Shown: positions 1 to 7,812, counted from the stretch's first letter. The stretch is 32,000 nucleotides of DNA from Candidatus Calditenuaceae archaeon HR02 (GCA_002898395.1 BEHE01000006.1:61122-93121); one strand, 5' to 3'. Program-made: numbers and translations. The notes: generated from the letters alone by a model not told the origin.

Positions 1-1
1 G

Positions 2-1570
2 CTCTCGGCAGGCGGATACCAGCTCACCGAGCCATTCAGTGGTGGGGGCGCCGTAACCCTCCGCGACCAGCCAATCGTGAGATACAGCTATACGATCATA
101 CTTGACGGCGCGGTGATCGGAGAGGGCGAGTTAACACCCACGCACGGGGCATCCAGCACTGTTAGGCCAAACTCCCACACCGTCTCGGCTCGCGCGTTGT
201 CTCTAGACGAGAAGCCAGTCGCAGGAGTCATTAAAATATTCTATGGAGGCGAGACCTTGGGAACCGTAGACATCGCACGCGAGGGAGGCCGGATTGAGGG
301 CCTGGCCAAGCTATCCTACAGGTACTCCTTCACCTACATGGGGGTCGAGGTTGCATCAGGCAACCTAGAAGCCGAGGCTGTCGGGGCGGGTGATCTCTTC
401 ATAAGGGCTGGAGTCGCCGATGTCCATGCGAAGATACTAGATAACGCAGGGGAGAACCCACTCGCCGGCGCGGTAGCCACACTCACAGTAGCATCCTACA
501 AACAAGACTCCCTGACGGATGGGGAGGGGCTCGTATCCTTCCCAGACGCACCCCTCACCACAGGCACAATCACGATACACTATCAGGGCGTGAAGGTCTA
601 CTCAGCGCCTATCACCTACTCCCCCGAGCAGAGGAGTGTTGAGATACGGAATACAGGCGTCTACACCATGACATTCAGGATACTCGACGGCGAAGGCGAC
701 CCGCTGGCAGGCGCGGAGTTCAAGCTAAAAGTCGGGACACTATCAGTTGCGGAGACGCTTAGGGAGGGCGGCGAGCTCACTCTGAAGCTCATTCCCAACG
801 GGACGCTCTCACTATCGGTTAACTACATGGGTGTGGGCGTCTATACAGGCTCCCACCGCCCCATCATGAATGGTGAGCTGGTGGAGATTGTCGCTAAGGT
901 CTACAGGCTCCAGGTCGAGGTGTATGCGGTGGGGATGGAGGGGAGGGAGCTGCTGAGGGGCGCCCAGCTCCTATTTGAGAGGGAGGAGAGGAGGCTCGCG
1001 GAGGCCAGCATGGACAGTGGGACAGCTACACTGAGGCTCCCAGCCGGAGACTACACCATCCGAGTCAACTATAAGGGGGTGCCCGTGGCCGACAGACTCA
1101 TATCACTAACCGGCACGCAGAAGGTGGTCATAGATGCCGCCGTATACGAGTTTGCCGTAAAGATCTTTGGACTAGACGGCAATCCCGCAGCGAACCTCAC
1201 GGTCAAGCTTCTAAGGGAGGGCTCAGAAGAGCCGATAGAAGAGCTTAAGACAAACAGCGAGGGCGCCGCATCCATGGTAATCCCCGGCGGCCTGTACAAC
1301 ATAGTATACGGGGACGGAGGAGCCACAAACACTGTGAGGATTCCGGTCAAGTCTGCGTCGAGCCAAACTCTCCTATACGGTGAAGCACGCTCCAACAGTC
1401 TCTATCCACTCATCGCGGCTCCAGCACTAGTTGCATTATCTATATATGGACTACTAAACTCCTTCAGGGTAAAGCATAGGGCAAGACAACCCAGCACACA
1501 GCCCAGAGAGAGGAGAGGAGCATCGGAATGGGTTCGGAGGAGCAGGGAAAAATTGAGAAAGAACGTCTAA
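2..1570 (+). CDS. Cell-surface protein, C-terminal portion (5' end lies upstream of the window): tandem beta-sandwich (CarboxypepD_reg/PEGA-like) repeats plus a C-terminal membrane anchor
   Basis: The frame of tracked ORF 77..1570 stays open back to base 2 (LSAGGYQLTEPFSGGGAVTLRDQPIV...), so the GTG at 77 is probably internal. At least four ~85-aa repeats share ILD..G.PLAGA...L.V followed by G.Y.I.V.Y.GV.V (KILDNAGENPLAGAVATLTV, RILDGEGDPLAGAEFKLKV, KIFGLDGNPAANLTVKLL; LPAGDYTIRVNYKGVPV). The C-terminus is a hydrophobic helix (LYPLIAAPALVALSIYGLL) followed by a basic tail. Confidence 0.6.
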   Translation, partial: LSAGGYQLTEPFSGGGAVTLRDQPIVRYSYTIILDGAVIGEGELTPTHGASSTVRPNSHTVSARALSLDEKPVAGVIKIFYGGETLGTVDIAREGGRIEGLAKLSYRYSFTYMGVEVASGNLEAEAVGAGDLFIRAGVADVHAKILDNAGENPLAGAVATLTVASYKQDSLTDGEGLVSFPDAPLTTGTITIHYQGVKVYSAPITYSPEQRSVEIRNTGVYTMTFRILDGEGDPLAGAEFKLKVGTLSVAETLREGGELTLKLIPNGTLSLSVNYMGVGVYTGSHRPIMNGELVEIVAKVYRLQVEVYAVGMEGRELLRGAQLLFEREERRLAEASMDSGTATLRLPAGDYTIRVNYKGVPVADRLISLTGTQKVVIDAAVYEFAVKIFGLDGNPAANLTVKLLREGSEEPIEELKTNSEGAASMVIPGGLYNIVYGDGGATNTVRIPVKSASSQTLLYGEARSNSLYPLIAAPALVALSIYGLLNSFRVKHRARQPSTQPRERRGASEWVRRSREKLRKNV

Positions 1571-2109
1571 GCCGCGGCCGACGGCTAGCCAGGTCGCTCA
1601 TACCGCTCATCCTCGCTGTGGGGCTCGCGCTTTTAGGCTACCTCCTTTTGGGAGCATTGATGAGAACCGATACACCTTTAGTTGTCGTCCCGACCGGGAG
1701 CATGCGTCCCACAATAGAGGTGGGGGACATTCTCCTAATCCAGGGCGTGAAGCCTGATGAGATAGCCGCAGACCCTGTCCACGGAGATGTTATAGTCTTC
1801 TGGCAGCCGGGAGGTAACGTGAGAATAGTTCACAGGGCGATAGGGAAGACAGATTATGGCGTAATCACGAAGGGCGACGCAAACGCTTACCCAGACTTCT
1901 TCTCACCAGTCCCCTACAGCTTGATCGTTGGAAAGTGGACGGGGGTCAAGATACCGGCTTGGACAGGAGTAGGCTACATAGCCCTCATACTTAGGGGCGA
2001 GCTCTACCCACCACTCGGCCAGATAATCTGGATCACAATAATCCTCGCCAACATACTCCTGATAGCTAGGGAGGTATTTTCCTCTCCAAAGAGTAAAGCC
2101 TCTCCCTGA
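1528..2109 (+). CDS. Signal peptidase I, archaeal/Sec11 type (S26B)
   Basis: An N-terminal TM helix (LIPLILAVGLALLGYLLLGAL) is followed by the catalytic-Ser box VVPTGSMRPTIEVGDILL, then GDVIVF, RIVHRAI and ITKGDAN boxes and a C-terminal TM helix. The ATG at 1528 overlaps the preceding CDS by 43 nt. Confidence 0.8.
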   Translation: MGSEEQGKIEKERLSRGRRLARSLIPLILAVGLALLGYLLLGALMRTDTPLVVVPTGSMRPTIEVGDILLIQGVKPDEIAADPVHGDVIVFWQPGGNVRIVHRAIGKTDYGVITKGDANAYPDFFSPVPYSLIVGKWTGVKIPAWTGVGYIALILRGELYPPLGQIIWITIILANILLIAREVFSSPKSKASP

Positions 2110-2743
2110 CGGCTCCGACCAGCTGCCCCAGCCTGCCACCGCCCGCAAGCCTGGCTGAGTCTTCTATGAAGACTCGGGCCTCTGAGAGGAGTCTGAGGGC
2201 CTCGTCACGCCTATTCATGCCGAGGAAGGGCTCAACCCTAGAGAGCCTCACAGCAGCCTCTACCAAGAGGGCGGCGGAGCGAGAATAGGGCCTCGCAGGA
2301 GCAGGCCTATACTTGAGGGACTGGGGGGAGGCGCGGACTTGAAGCCAGACATCACCACGCACAACCTCATCAACTAGGAACTCGGAGACAGCCGACGCCT
2401 CGCACAGGACCGGCACACCCAACACCTCACCCAAACCAAAGCTCATAGGCACAACACTAAGGTCGAGTGCAGCCTCGACGATATACTCAGGAGAAGCAAT
2501 ATTCACCGCGCCACGCCCCGTCCTCAAGATGTTCCGCGCAGTCTGAGACTCGACATGAGGCTTCAGAAGGAACGCAAGGGACCTAGAGACGACCCTGCAC
2601 CCCATCGCCGAGGCATGTGGAGAACCATCCTCGTTAAAGGTAGTAACCACAACCTCGTAGTGAACACCCTCCTCAAAGCCCAGCACATCAAAGAGGTTCG
2701 ACGGATGCGCAATAACCCAGCCAGACACACTCAGACCGTCCAA
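2066..2743 (-). CDS. DUF447-like FMN-binding split-barrel protein (function unknown)
   Basis: This lies within tracked ORF 2066..2836. The conserved-looking core begins LGFEEGVHYEVVVTTFNEDGSPHASAMG, which matches my memory of the DUF447 N-terminal signature (E.IVTT ... N.APMG). The first 30-50 tracked residues look non-coding. TTG 2743 or GTG 2686 are plausible starts, and there is a TATA-like CTTTATCT on the minus strand at 2776-2783. The 3' end overlaps the convergent signal peptidase gene by 44 nt. Confidence 0.45.
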   Translation of the reverse strand: MDGLSVSGWVIAHPSNLFDVLGFEEGVHYEVVVTTFNEDGSPHASAMGCRVVSRSLAFLLKPHVESQTARNILRTGRGAVNIASPEYIVEAALDLSVVPMSFGLGEVLGVPVLCEASAVSEFLVDEVVRGDVWLQVRASPQSLKYRPAPARPYSRSAALLVEAAVRLSRVEPFLGMNRRDEALRLLSEARVFIEDSARLAGGGRLGQLVGAVRERLYSLERKIPP

Positions 2744-3061
2744 GCCCGAGTACCACCTCGAAAAAGCAGCTGAGCAGATAAAGCTACACAACAATTTAAG
2801 TGAGAGTTGTCGTATGGATATGCGGTTTGGTGACAAGCGTATCCTACACCACGGCTCTATCCGTAGCGAGCCTCAGGAACGTGGTTACGGTGATGGTCTC
2901 TCCCCAAGCCCGAGGATTTGGTGGATGAACAGGGTCTATAACGAATACTTCAACGAGAGGCTTACACCCGTTTGACCATGGCCATAAACACACCTAGTGA
3001 GGGGCTCCTAGAAATATATTTCATATCATAGCGTATCTAGGGCTGACGGTGTAGTAGTCTC

Positions 3062-4064
3062 TTGCATAAGTTGAGGGCTGGAGTCGTCGGGGTAGGTTCT
3101 TTCGGCGCCCTCCACGCAAGAGCATATTTTGAAAACCCTTCAACAGAGCTGGTGGCCGTAGCCGACATAGACTAGGCAAGGGCTGGAGGGGTAGCAATGC
3201 GATACGGTGCAAAATCCTACACCGATTATGAGGAGATGTATAGGTCTGAGAGGCTGGACTTGGTATCTGTGGCCACCCCAGATAACCTCCACGTCGACCC
3301 AGCTGTGAAAGCCACTGAGTCAGGCACTCATGTCTTGGTGGGGAAGCCTATAGCGATGATTCTCGAGGATGCAGATCGGATAATCGCTTCAGTGGCGAGG
3401 AATAATGTAAAGCTCATGGTCAACTTTATACTTCGATTCGACCCACGTTGCAGAGTTGCTTACGAGTTTGTCTCTTCGGGCTGTATCGGGGATGTGATGA
3501 CCATGCAGGATGGGCGTACAACGCTCCTGGAGACAGCTAGAAAATATGGGAAGTTCTCTAATCTTCTCTACGATGTTATCATTCACGAAATAGACATGTT
3601 CAATCTAATGTCCCAGTCGGAGCCGTGTCAAGCCTACTGTGTCAGGGTTAGAAGGGCGTGTAGAGAGCTGGGTGTTGACGACCCATACCTTGGGATACTC
3701 AGACATACAAATGGCGCTGCGGCTTCGTTCGAGACGAGCTGGATTCTTCCCACATCAAGCCTCTACTGGCTTGATGCAAGGCTACACATAGTAGGGACCG
3801 CCGGGGCCATATACATCGATCTTCAATCCCACGGCCTGGAGGTTGTGGAGGATGTGAAACTCTTAAAGACCCGACCTTTCTAACTGGCCCGTGGTTGGTG
3901 GAGGGCTTATGGGTAATCTTAGGGAGTCGATAAACCATTTCGTTGACTGCGTGGCTGGAGATAAAGAGCCTTGGCCGGGTGGTGCCGATGCTAGGGAGGC
4001 TTTGGCTGTTGTGCCTGCATTATTAGAGTCGGCTGAGTCGGAGATGCCGGTAGCACCGGGTTAG
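3062..4064 (+). pseudogene. Gfo/Idh/MocA-family NAD(P)-dependent oxidoreductase, disrupted (one TAG plus a frameshift)
   Basis: In the same frame as tracked ORF 3197..3883 but upstream of it: (TTG 3062) HKLRAGVVGVGSFGALHARAYFENPSTELVAVADID-TAG(3173..3175)-ARAGGVAMRYGAKSYTDYEEMY...LVSVATPDNLHVDPAVKATESGTHVLVGKP. This is the Rossmann GxGxxG plus the family EKP-like box. That frame stops at 3883. The family-typical C-terminus (GNLRESINHFVDCVAGDKEPWPGGADAREALAVVPALLESAESEMPV) continues in another frame to TAG 4062..4064, so a frameshift lies at about 3865-3885. Confidence 0.75.
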
Positions 4065-4072
4065 ATGAGACC

Positions 4073-5062
4073 ATGAGCCTCGAAGAGATCAGTAATGTGA
4101 TACGCAGTCTGACGGGTGGAGAGATTTTGGGGCTGAAACCCCTCAGCGGCGGCGTATCCTGCATGGTCTATCTAGTCTCCACGTCGAGAGGGAGGTGGGT
4201 GGTGAAGAAGGCTCTTCCCAGACTTATGGTCCAGGATGAGTGAGTTGCCGATGTTAACAGGATCTTCCGGGAGTCTGCCTGTCTTAAAGCCATCAGAGAG
4301 CTGGTGGATGAGGACGCGGCTCCCAAGGTTTTCCTAGAGGATAGGCAGCACTACATGTTTGTGATGGAATATGGTGAGGGTGGTGTTACTTGGAAGGAGA
4401 TGCTTATGAAGGGGAGGGTAGAGCCATCGACAACCTACCGTGTCGCACACATATTGGCTAAACTTCACACCAACAGCCGTGGACTGGAGTGGGTGAGAGA
4501 AGAATTCTCAGAGGCCACCAACTTTCACCAGCTGAGGATAGATCCATACATCCTGCATACATTGAGAAAACACCCTGATATCGCTGGCCAGCTCCATGAG
4601 ATAGCGGATATCCTTCAGACGAGAAAGATGTGTCTGGTCCACGGTGATTATAGCCCGAAGAATATTCTCCATCTGTCCGACGGTAGGCTCTGGGTTCTAG
4701 ACTGCGAGCCGGCCCACTACGGTCATCCATCCTTCGATATAGCCTTCTGCGCCAACCATCTACTCCTCAAGTCTATCCACTTCAACGATCCTGTATATCT
4801 GCGGGAGGCGAGGAGGCTCTGGACAGAGTATTGGCGTGGCGTGGACTTGGATGGAAAAAGTGTGCTGGAGAGGGAGGCAGCTATGATTCTCTCAGCCTTG
4901 ATGTTAGCGCGTGTTGACGGCAAATCGCCGGTTGAGTATCTATCCGAGGAGAATAGGGCTAGAACCCGCCTCCTAGCTAAGAAGATCATAAGGGATAGGG
5001 TGGATAGCTTCGAAGAGCTTAGCAGTAGGGTTGAGGAGGAGATAAGATGTGAGAATATCTGA
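4073..5062 (+). pseudogene. MtnK-like (methylthioribose-kinase / APH-fold) kinase with one in-frame TGA
   Basis: From ATG 4073: MSLEEISNVIRSLTGGEILGLKPLSGGVSCMVYLVSTSRGRWVVKKALPRLMVQDE-TGA(4241..4243)-VADVNRIFRESACL... This runs in the same frame into tracked ORF 4304..5062. Motifs are VVKKALP, catalytic LVHGDYSPKNIL (HGDxxxxN) and VLDCEPAHYGHPSFDIAF. By eye it is collinear with Bacillus MtnK as I recall it ([26 protein letters not shown] ... LIHGDLHTGSIF ... VIDPEFAFYGPIGFDVG). Confidence 0.7.
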
Positions 5063-6335
5063 CGTCAAAGCCATCGAGGTTCTAGGCTCGCGTGGATTCC
5101 CCACAGTTGAGGCGGCTGTATGGATAGAAGATAGATATGTAGGCTCGGCGATTGCCCCGGCTGGCGCCTCCAAAGGAAGCCATGAGGCCTTTGAGCTGCG
5201 GGATGGGGAGAGGCGCTGGATGGGCCGTGGTGTCAGGAAGGCGGTACATAACGTCAATACTGTAATCCGGAAGGCCTTGATAGGTGTTGAGGCTGAGCAT
5301 GTGGATGATGTGTTGCTGAGCCTTGACGATAGCGGGAACAAATCTAAACTCGGGGCCAACGCAGTACTGGCGGTATCTCTGGCCTCGGCTAGAGCTGCTG
5401 CAAATTACAAGGGGATACCATTATACCGTTATATCCAAGGACTTACAGGGGCTAAGCCAGTTATCCCAACTCCTATGGTTAACATGATAAGTGGTGGCCA
5501 TCACGCTGCTTGGAATCTAGACCTCCAAGACCTCTTGATAATACCCCTCAAAGCTGAAAACTTCAGCCAGGCATTGGAGTATGTGGGCCTGGTATATCAC
5601 ACCCTTAAAAGGACCCTTGCGGAGAGGGGCTATTCAACACTGCTGGCTGATGAGGGAGGGTTTAGCCCCAGATGTAGAAGCCATGAGGAGGCCTTCGAGT
5701 TACTCCTCACCTCCATCGAGGAGTCTGGGTTTAAGCCTGGCCACGACATCGGCGTAGCGGTAGATGTTGCCGCAACCCACCTCTACAGCGCGGGTTTCTA
5801 TAACCTGCGCCTCGAAAACCTGCGCCTCAGTCCTGGGGAGATGGTTGACTACATTACCCGACTATGCGAGAGATATCCAATCATATCTGTAGAAGACGGA
5901 TGCTCTGAAGACGACTGGGACGGGTGGAGAAATCTCACAAAGAGGCTGGGCGGAAGAGTCCAGCTGCTGGGAGACGACCCTTTCACGACAGATGTCAAAA
6001 GGATAAGGAGGGGTGTTGAAGAGGGCGTGGCCAACTCAGTTCTTATCAAGCCCAACCAGGTGGGAACGCTGAGAGAGACTCTAGAGGCCGTGAAATACTG
6101 CTTTAAGGTTGGATATACGCCGGTTGTGTCAGCTAGGTCGGGAGATACGGAGGACAGCTTCATTTCAGACCTTGCCGTAGGTGCCGGCGTAACACAGATA
6201 AAAATAGGCTCTATTGCCAGATCAGAGAGGACATCAAAATATAATAGGCTGCTCCGGATCGAGGATGAGCTATCGGGGGCGGCGGAGTACCTAGCTGTGA
6301 AGTCGATGAGACTCCCCCGCCACCCGATTGGATAG
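5049..6335 (+). CDS. Enolase-family protein, divergent paralogue
   Basis: GTG 5049 overlaps the kinase 3' end by 14 nt. Enolase signatures present: SRGFPTVEA, APAGASKGSHEAFELRD, KLGANAVLAVSLA, ADEGGFSP, SVEDGCSEDDWDGW, LLGDDPF, LIKPNQVGT, QIKIGSIARSERTSKYNRLLRIEDEL. Deviations: QDLLI in place of QEFMI, and SARSGDTED in place of SHRSGETED. Confidence 0.85.
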   Translation: MRISDVKAIEVLGSRGFPTVEAAVWIEDRYVGSAIAPAGASKGSHEAFELRDGERRWMGRGVRKAVHNVNTVIRKALIGVEAEHVDDVLLSLDDSGNKSKLGANAVLAVSLASARAAANYKGIPLYRYIQGLTGAKPVIPTPMVNMISGGHHAAWNLDLQDLLIIPLKAENFSQALEYVGLVYHTLKRTLAERGYSTLLADEGGFSPRCRSHEEAFELLLTSIEESGFKPGHDIGVAVDVAATHLYSAGFYNLRLENLRLSPGEMVDYITRLCERYPIISVEDGCSEDDWDGWRNLTKRLGGRVQLLGDDPFTTDVKRIRRGVEEGVANSVLIKPNQVGTLRETLEAVKYCFKVGYTPVVSARSGDTEDSFISDLAVGAGVTQIKIGSIARSERTSKYNRLLRIEDELSGAAEYLAVKSMRLPRHPIG

Positions 6336-6337
6336 GA

Positions 6338-6354
6338 CGCCGACCGCCTCGGCG
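6338..6354 (+). terminator. GC hairpin immediately after the enolase-like stop codon
   Basis: CGCCGA-ccgcc-TCGGCG (6-bp stem, 5-nt loop) starts 3 nt after TAG 6333..6335 and is followed by only a weak T tract (tattt). Archaeal termination usually depends on T runs, so this is tentative. Confidence 0.25.
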
Positions 6355-6634
6355 CGTATTTCTACGATGGAACATCCCTCTACTTTCCTTTCCGACCTAC
6401 TAGGGCGGCCACCCTTAGTCTTCTATTGTGGGGTGGCGGGAGGGAGGGTTGGGCTTTGAGGCGGCTCGCGCAAGCCGACGGATGTGTGGGCGGGACGGTA
6501 TATGTCTGAGGGTTTCAATTATTAGTGATAGTGGGCTGGTGGGAAAGGCAAATACACATTCATCAAGCTTCTAGTGAAACTTGAGTTGGACGATTCAGGT
6601 GACAGGATAGAGTATAGGCCACTCTGATACAAGC

Positions 6635-6642
6635 ATTTAATA
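6635..6642 (+). promoter_or_regulatory. TATA-like box for the 6666 CDS (leaderless geometry)
   Basis: ATTTAATA is centred ~27 nt upstream of GTG 6666. This is the classical archaeal TATA-to-start distance for leaderless mRNAs. Confidence 0.5.
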
Positions 6643-6665
6643 GACACCGCCGACTACTAGGGAGC

Positions 6666-6968
6666 GTGGAAGCCAACCAGCGGGTCTACCACGTCACCAG
6701 CGGCGCCCAAGACCTCGAGAGAATACTCCTATCAGACGATACAGCCTCTAGAGCCAACATCGTCCTGAAGGACGCTAAACTACTCCTCGGCCGCGAGGGC
6801 TACTACATCAGGATAGTTGGGACTGAGGAGCAGCTGAGAAGGGTGGACGAGCTGCTAAGGGAGAAGGCGAGGCTCGTGGTGGGCGAGGAACTTGGCCAGG
6901 TCATCGCAAAGATGAGGGAGGAGGACGAGCGAGCACTTTCAGGCTTTGGGGGAATCTTCACGGAATAG
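6666..6968 (+). CDS. Small (100 aa) hypothetical protein with an acidic C-terminal tail resembling ribosomal stalk proteins
   Basis: Tracked ORF with GTG start and a correctly spaced TATA box. The central part is a charged helical region (EEQLRRVDELLREKARLVVGEELGQVIAKMREEDE). The tail ALSGFGGIFTE resembles the aP1/P1-P2 stalk C-termini. Confidence 0.5.
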   Translation: MEANQRVYHVTSGAQDLERILLSDDTASRANIVLKDAKLLLGREGYYIRIVGTEEQLRRVDELLREKARLVVGEELGQVIAKMREEDERALSGFGGIFTE

Positions 6969-7023
6969 CCAAACCCTCAAAGATAAATCCAGCAGTCCAC
7001 ACAAACAATATATGCGGGGGCAA

Positions 7024-7153
7024 GCGGGGGTGGCCGAGCCAGGTCAAAGGCGGCGGCCTCAAGAACCCACCAAACAGGAAGAGGGAGCCGCTCCCGTAGG
7101 CCAGAGAAAAGTTGGGGCGGATGGGTTCGTGGGTTCGAATCCCACCCCCCGCA
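7024..7153 (+). tRNA. tRNA-Leu(CAA), class II, with two introns
   Basis: Structure: GCGGGGG-TG-GCC-GAGCCAGGTCAAA-GGC-G-GCGGC-CTCAAGA. The anticodon CAA is at 7060-7062. The 3' anticodon-stem strand GCCGC is at 7087-7091, which implies a ~22-nt intron after position 37 (about 7064-7085). The variable arm TCCCGTAGG / GGGTTC is split by a second ~22-nt insert (about 7101-7122). The T arm is GTGGG-TTCGAAT-CCCAC, and the 3' acceptor strand is CCCCCGC plus discriminator A. Spliced length is ~86 nt. Confidence 0.85.
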
Positions 7154-7157
7154 CATC

Positions 7158-7166
7158 TTTATTTTT
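7158..7166 (+). terminator. T-run terminator after tRNA-Leu
   Basis: TTTATTTTT begins 5 nt after the discriminator base. This is the typical archaeal oligo-T termination signal. Confidence 0.5.
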
Positions 7167-7266
7167 CTAGGGGTAGTTGGGAGGGTATTGTGGCTTGGTT
7201 GTAAGCGTGAAGCTAGGTTTGGAGGGGAAAAGAGGGGGGAGGGGTTGGTATTAGTCCTCCTTCTTC

Positions 7267-7696
7267 TGAGATATTCTTCTAGCCTTATCATTTTTCTATC
7301 AATGGTGAAGCCAACAGTCTCGTAGAACCTCTTATTAAAGCTCATGCATATCCTGACGTAATATTCGTCTTTCCTTCTTTTGCATAGTTTGCCTGTCTTT
7401 GGACCTCTTAATGGATTGCCAGCTAGAATGTGTTTCTTCGGCTCGTTTGTAGTTGACTCAATACCTACTTTCCTCTAGAGATATAGGACATGTGTCAGCA
7501 ACGCATAGTCAGTGTTGTCCACGAATATTTGACCATTTGTAGAAACACATCCCTCGCTGTCAAAGAACCCTCTCAGAAACACTGCAATGCATCTCTCACA
7601 GTGCTCAACGAATGTCTTGGACTTAACCCGGACCACCCATCTTCCTTCTTTATTTAGCCTTGGTATCGGCGGTTCTCTACCGAGGACGTTTGCCAT
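7267..7696 (-). pseudogene. Decayed LAGLIDADG endonuclease gene (paralogue of 30856..31728)
   Basis: Two minus-strand fragments are collinear with the C-terminal ~160 residues of the 30856..31452 protein. They are MANVLGREPPIPRLNKEGRWVVRV...CERCIAVFLRGFFDSEGCV...DNTDYALLTHVLYL-stop (7475..7696) and MSFNKRFYETVGFTIDRKMIRLEEYL (inside 6977..7345). The first LAGLIDADG motif and the HTH are missing, there is an internal deletion and a break between the pieces, and the stop codon is lost so the frame runs on into the tRNA. Confidence 0.6.
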
Positions 7697-7812
7697 TCTC
7701 CTGTTAAGCTGAGACGATTGGGGCGGGGCGACCCGTGTTTACCTGCCTTCATTTGAGCTGGCTGAAACTCTCTCCCTCACCTATTCATAGAAATGGGGAA
7801 AACCGCAGGTAA

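Noticed and set aside
4241-4243. In-frame TGA codons (also 31534..31536) read as selenocysteine.
   Set aside because: The kinase TGA aligns with a Trp, not a Cys/Sec position. Neither protein family is a selenoprotein family. Sec decoding is, to my knowledge, not found in Crenarchaeota.
6946-7345. ORFs 6946..7170 (+) and 6977..7345 (-) spanning the tRNA-Leu gene.
   Set aside because: Both run straight through a well-folded tRNA gene. The minus-strand one is the stop-less read-through of the decayed LAGLIDADG remnant.
7717-7745. A 9-nt match (TTGGGGCGG) between the far edge of the decayed cassette and tRNA-Leu 7112-7120, considered as a possible att-site duplication.
   Set aside because: Identity stops after 9 nt in a G-rich context, and the matching tRNA segment lies in the predicted intron. 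This is too weak to call a direct repeat.
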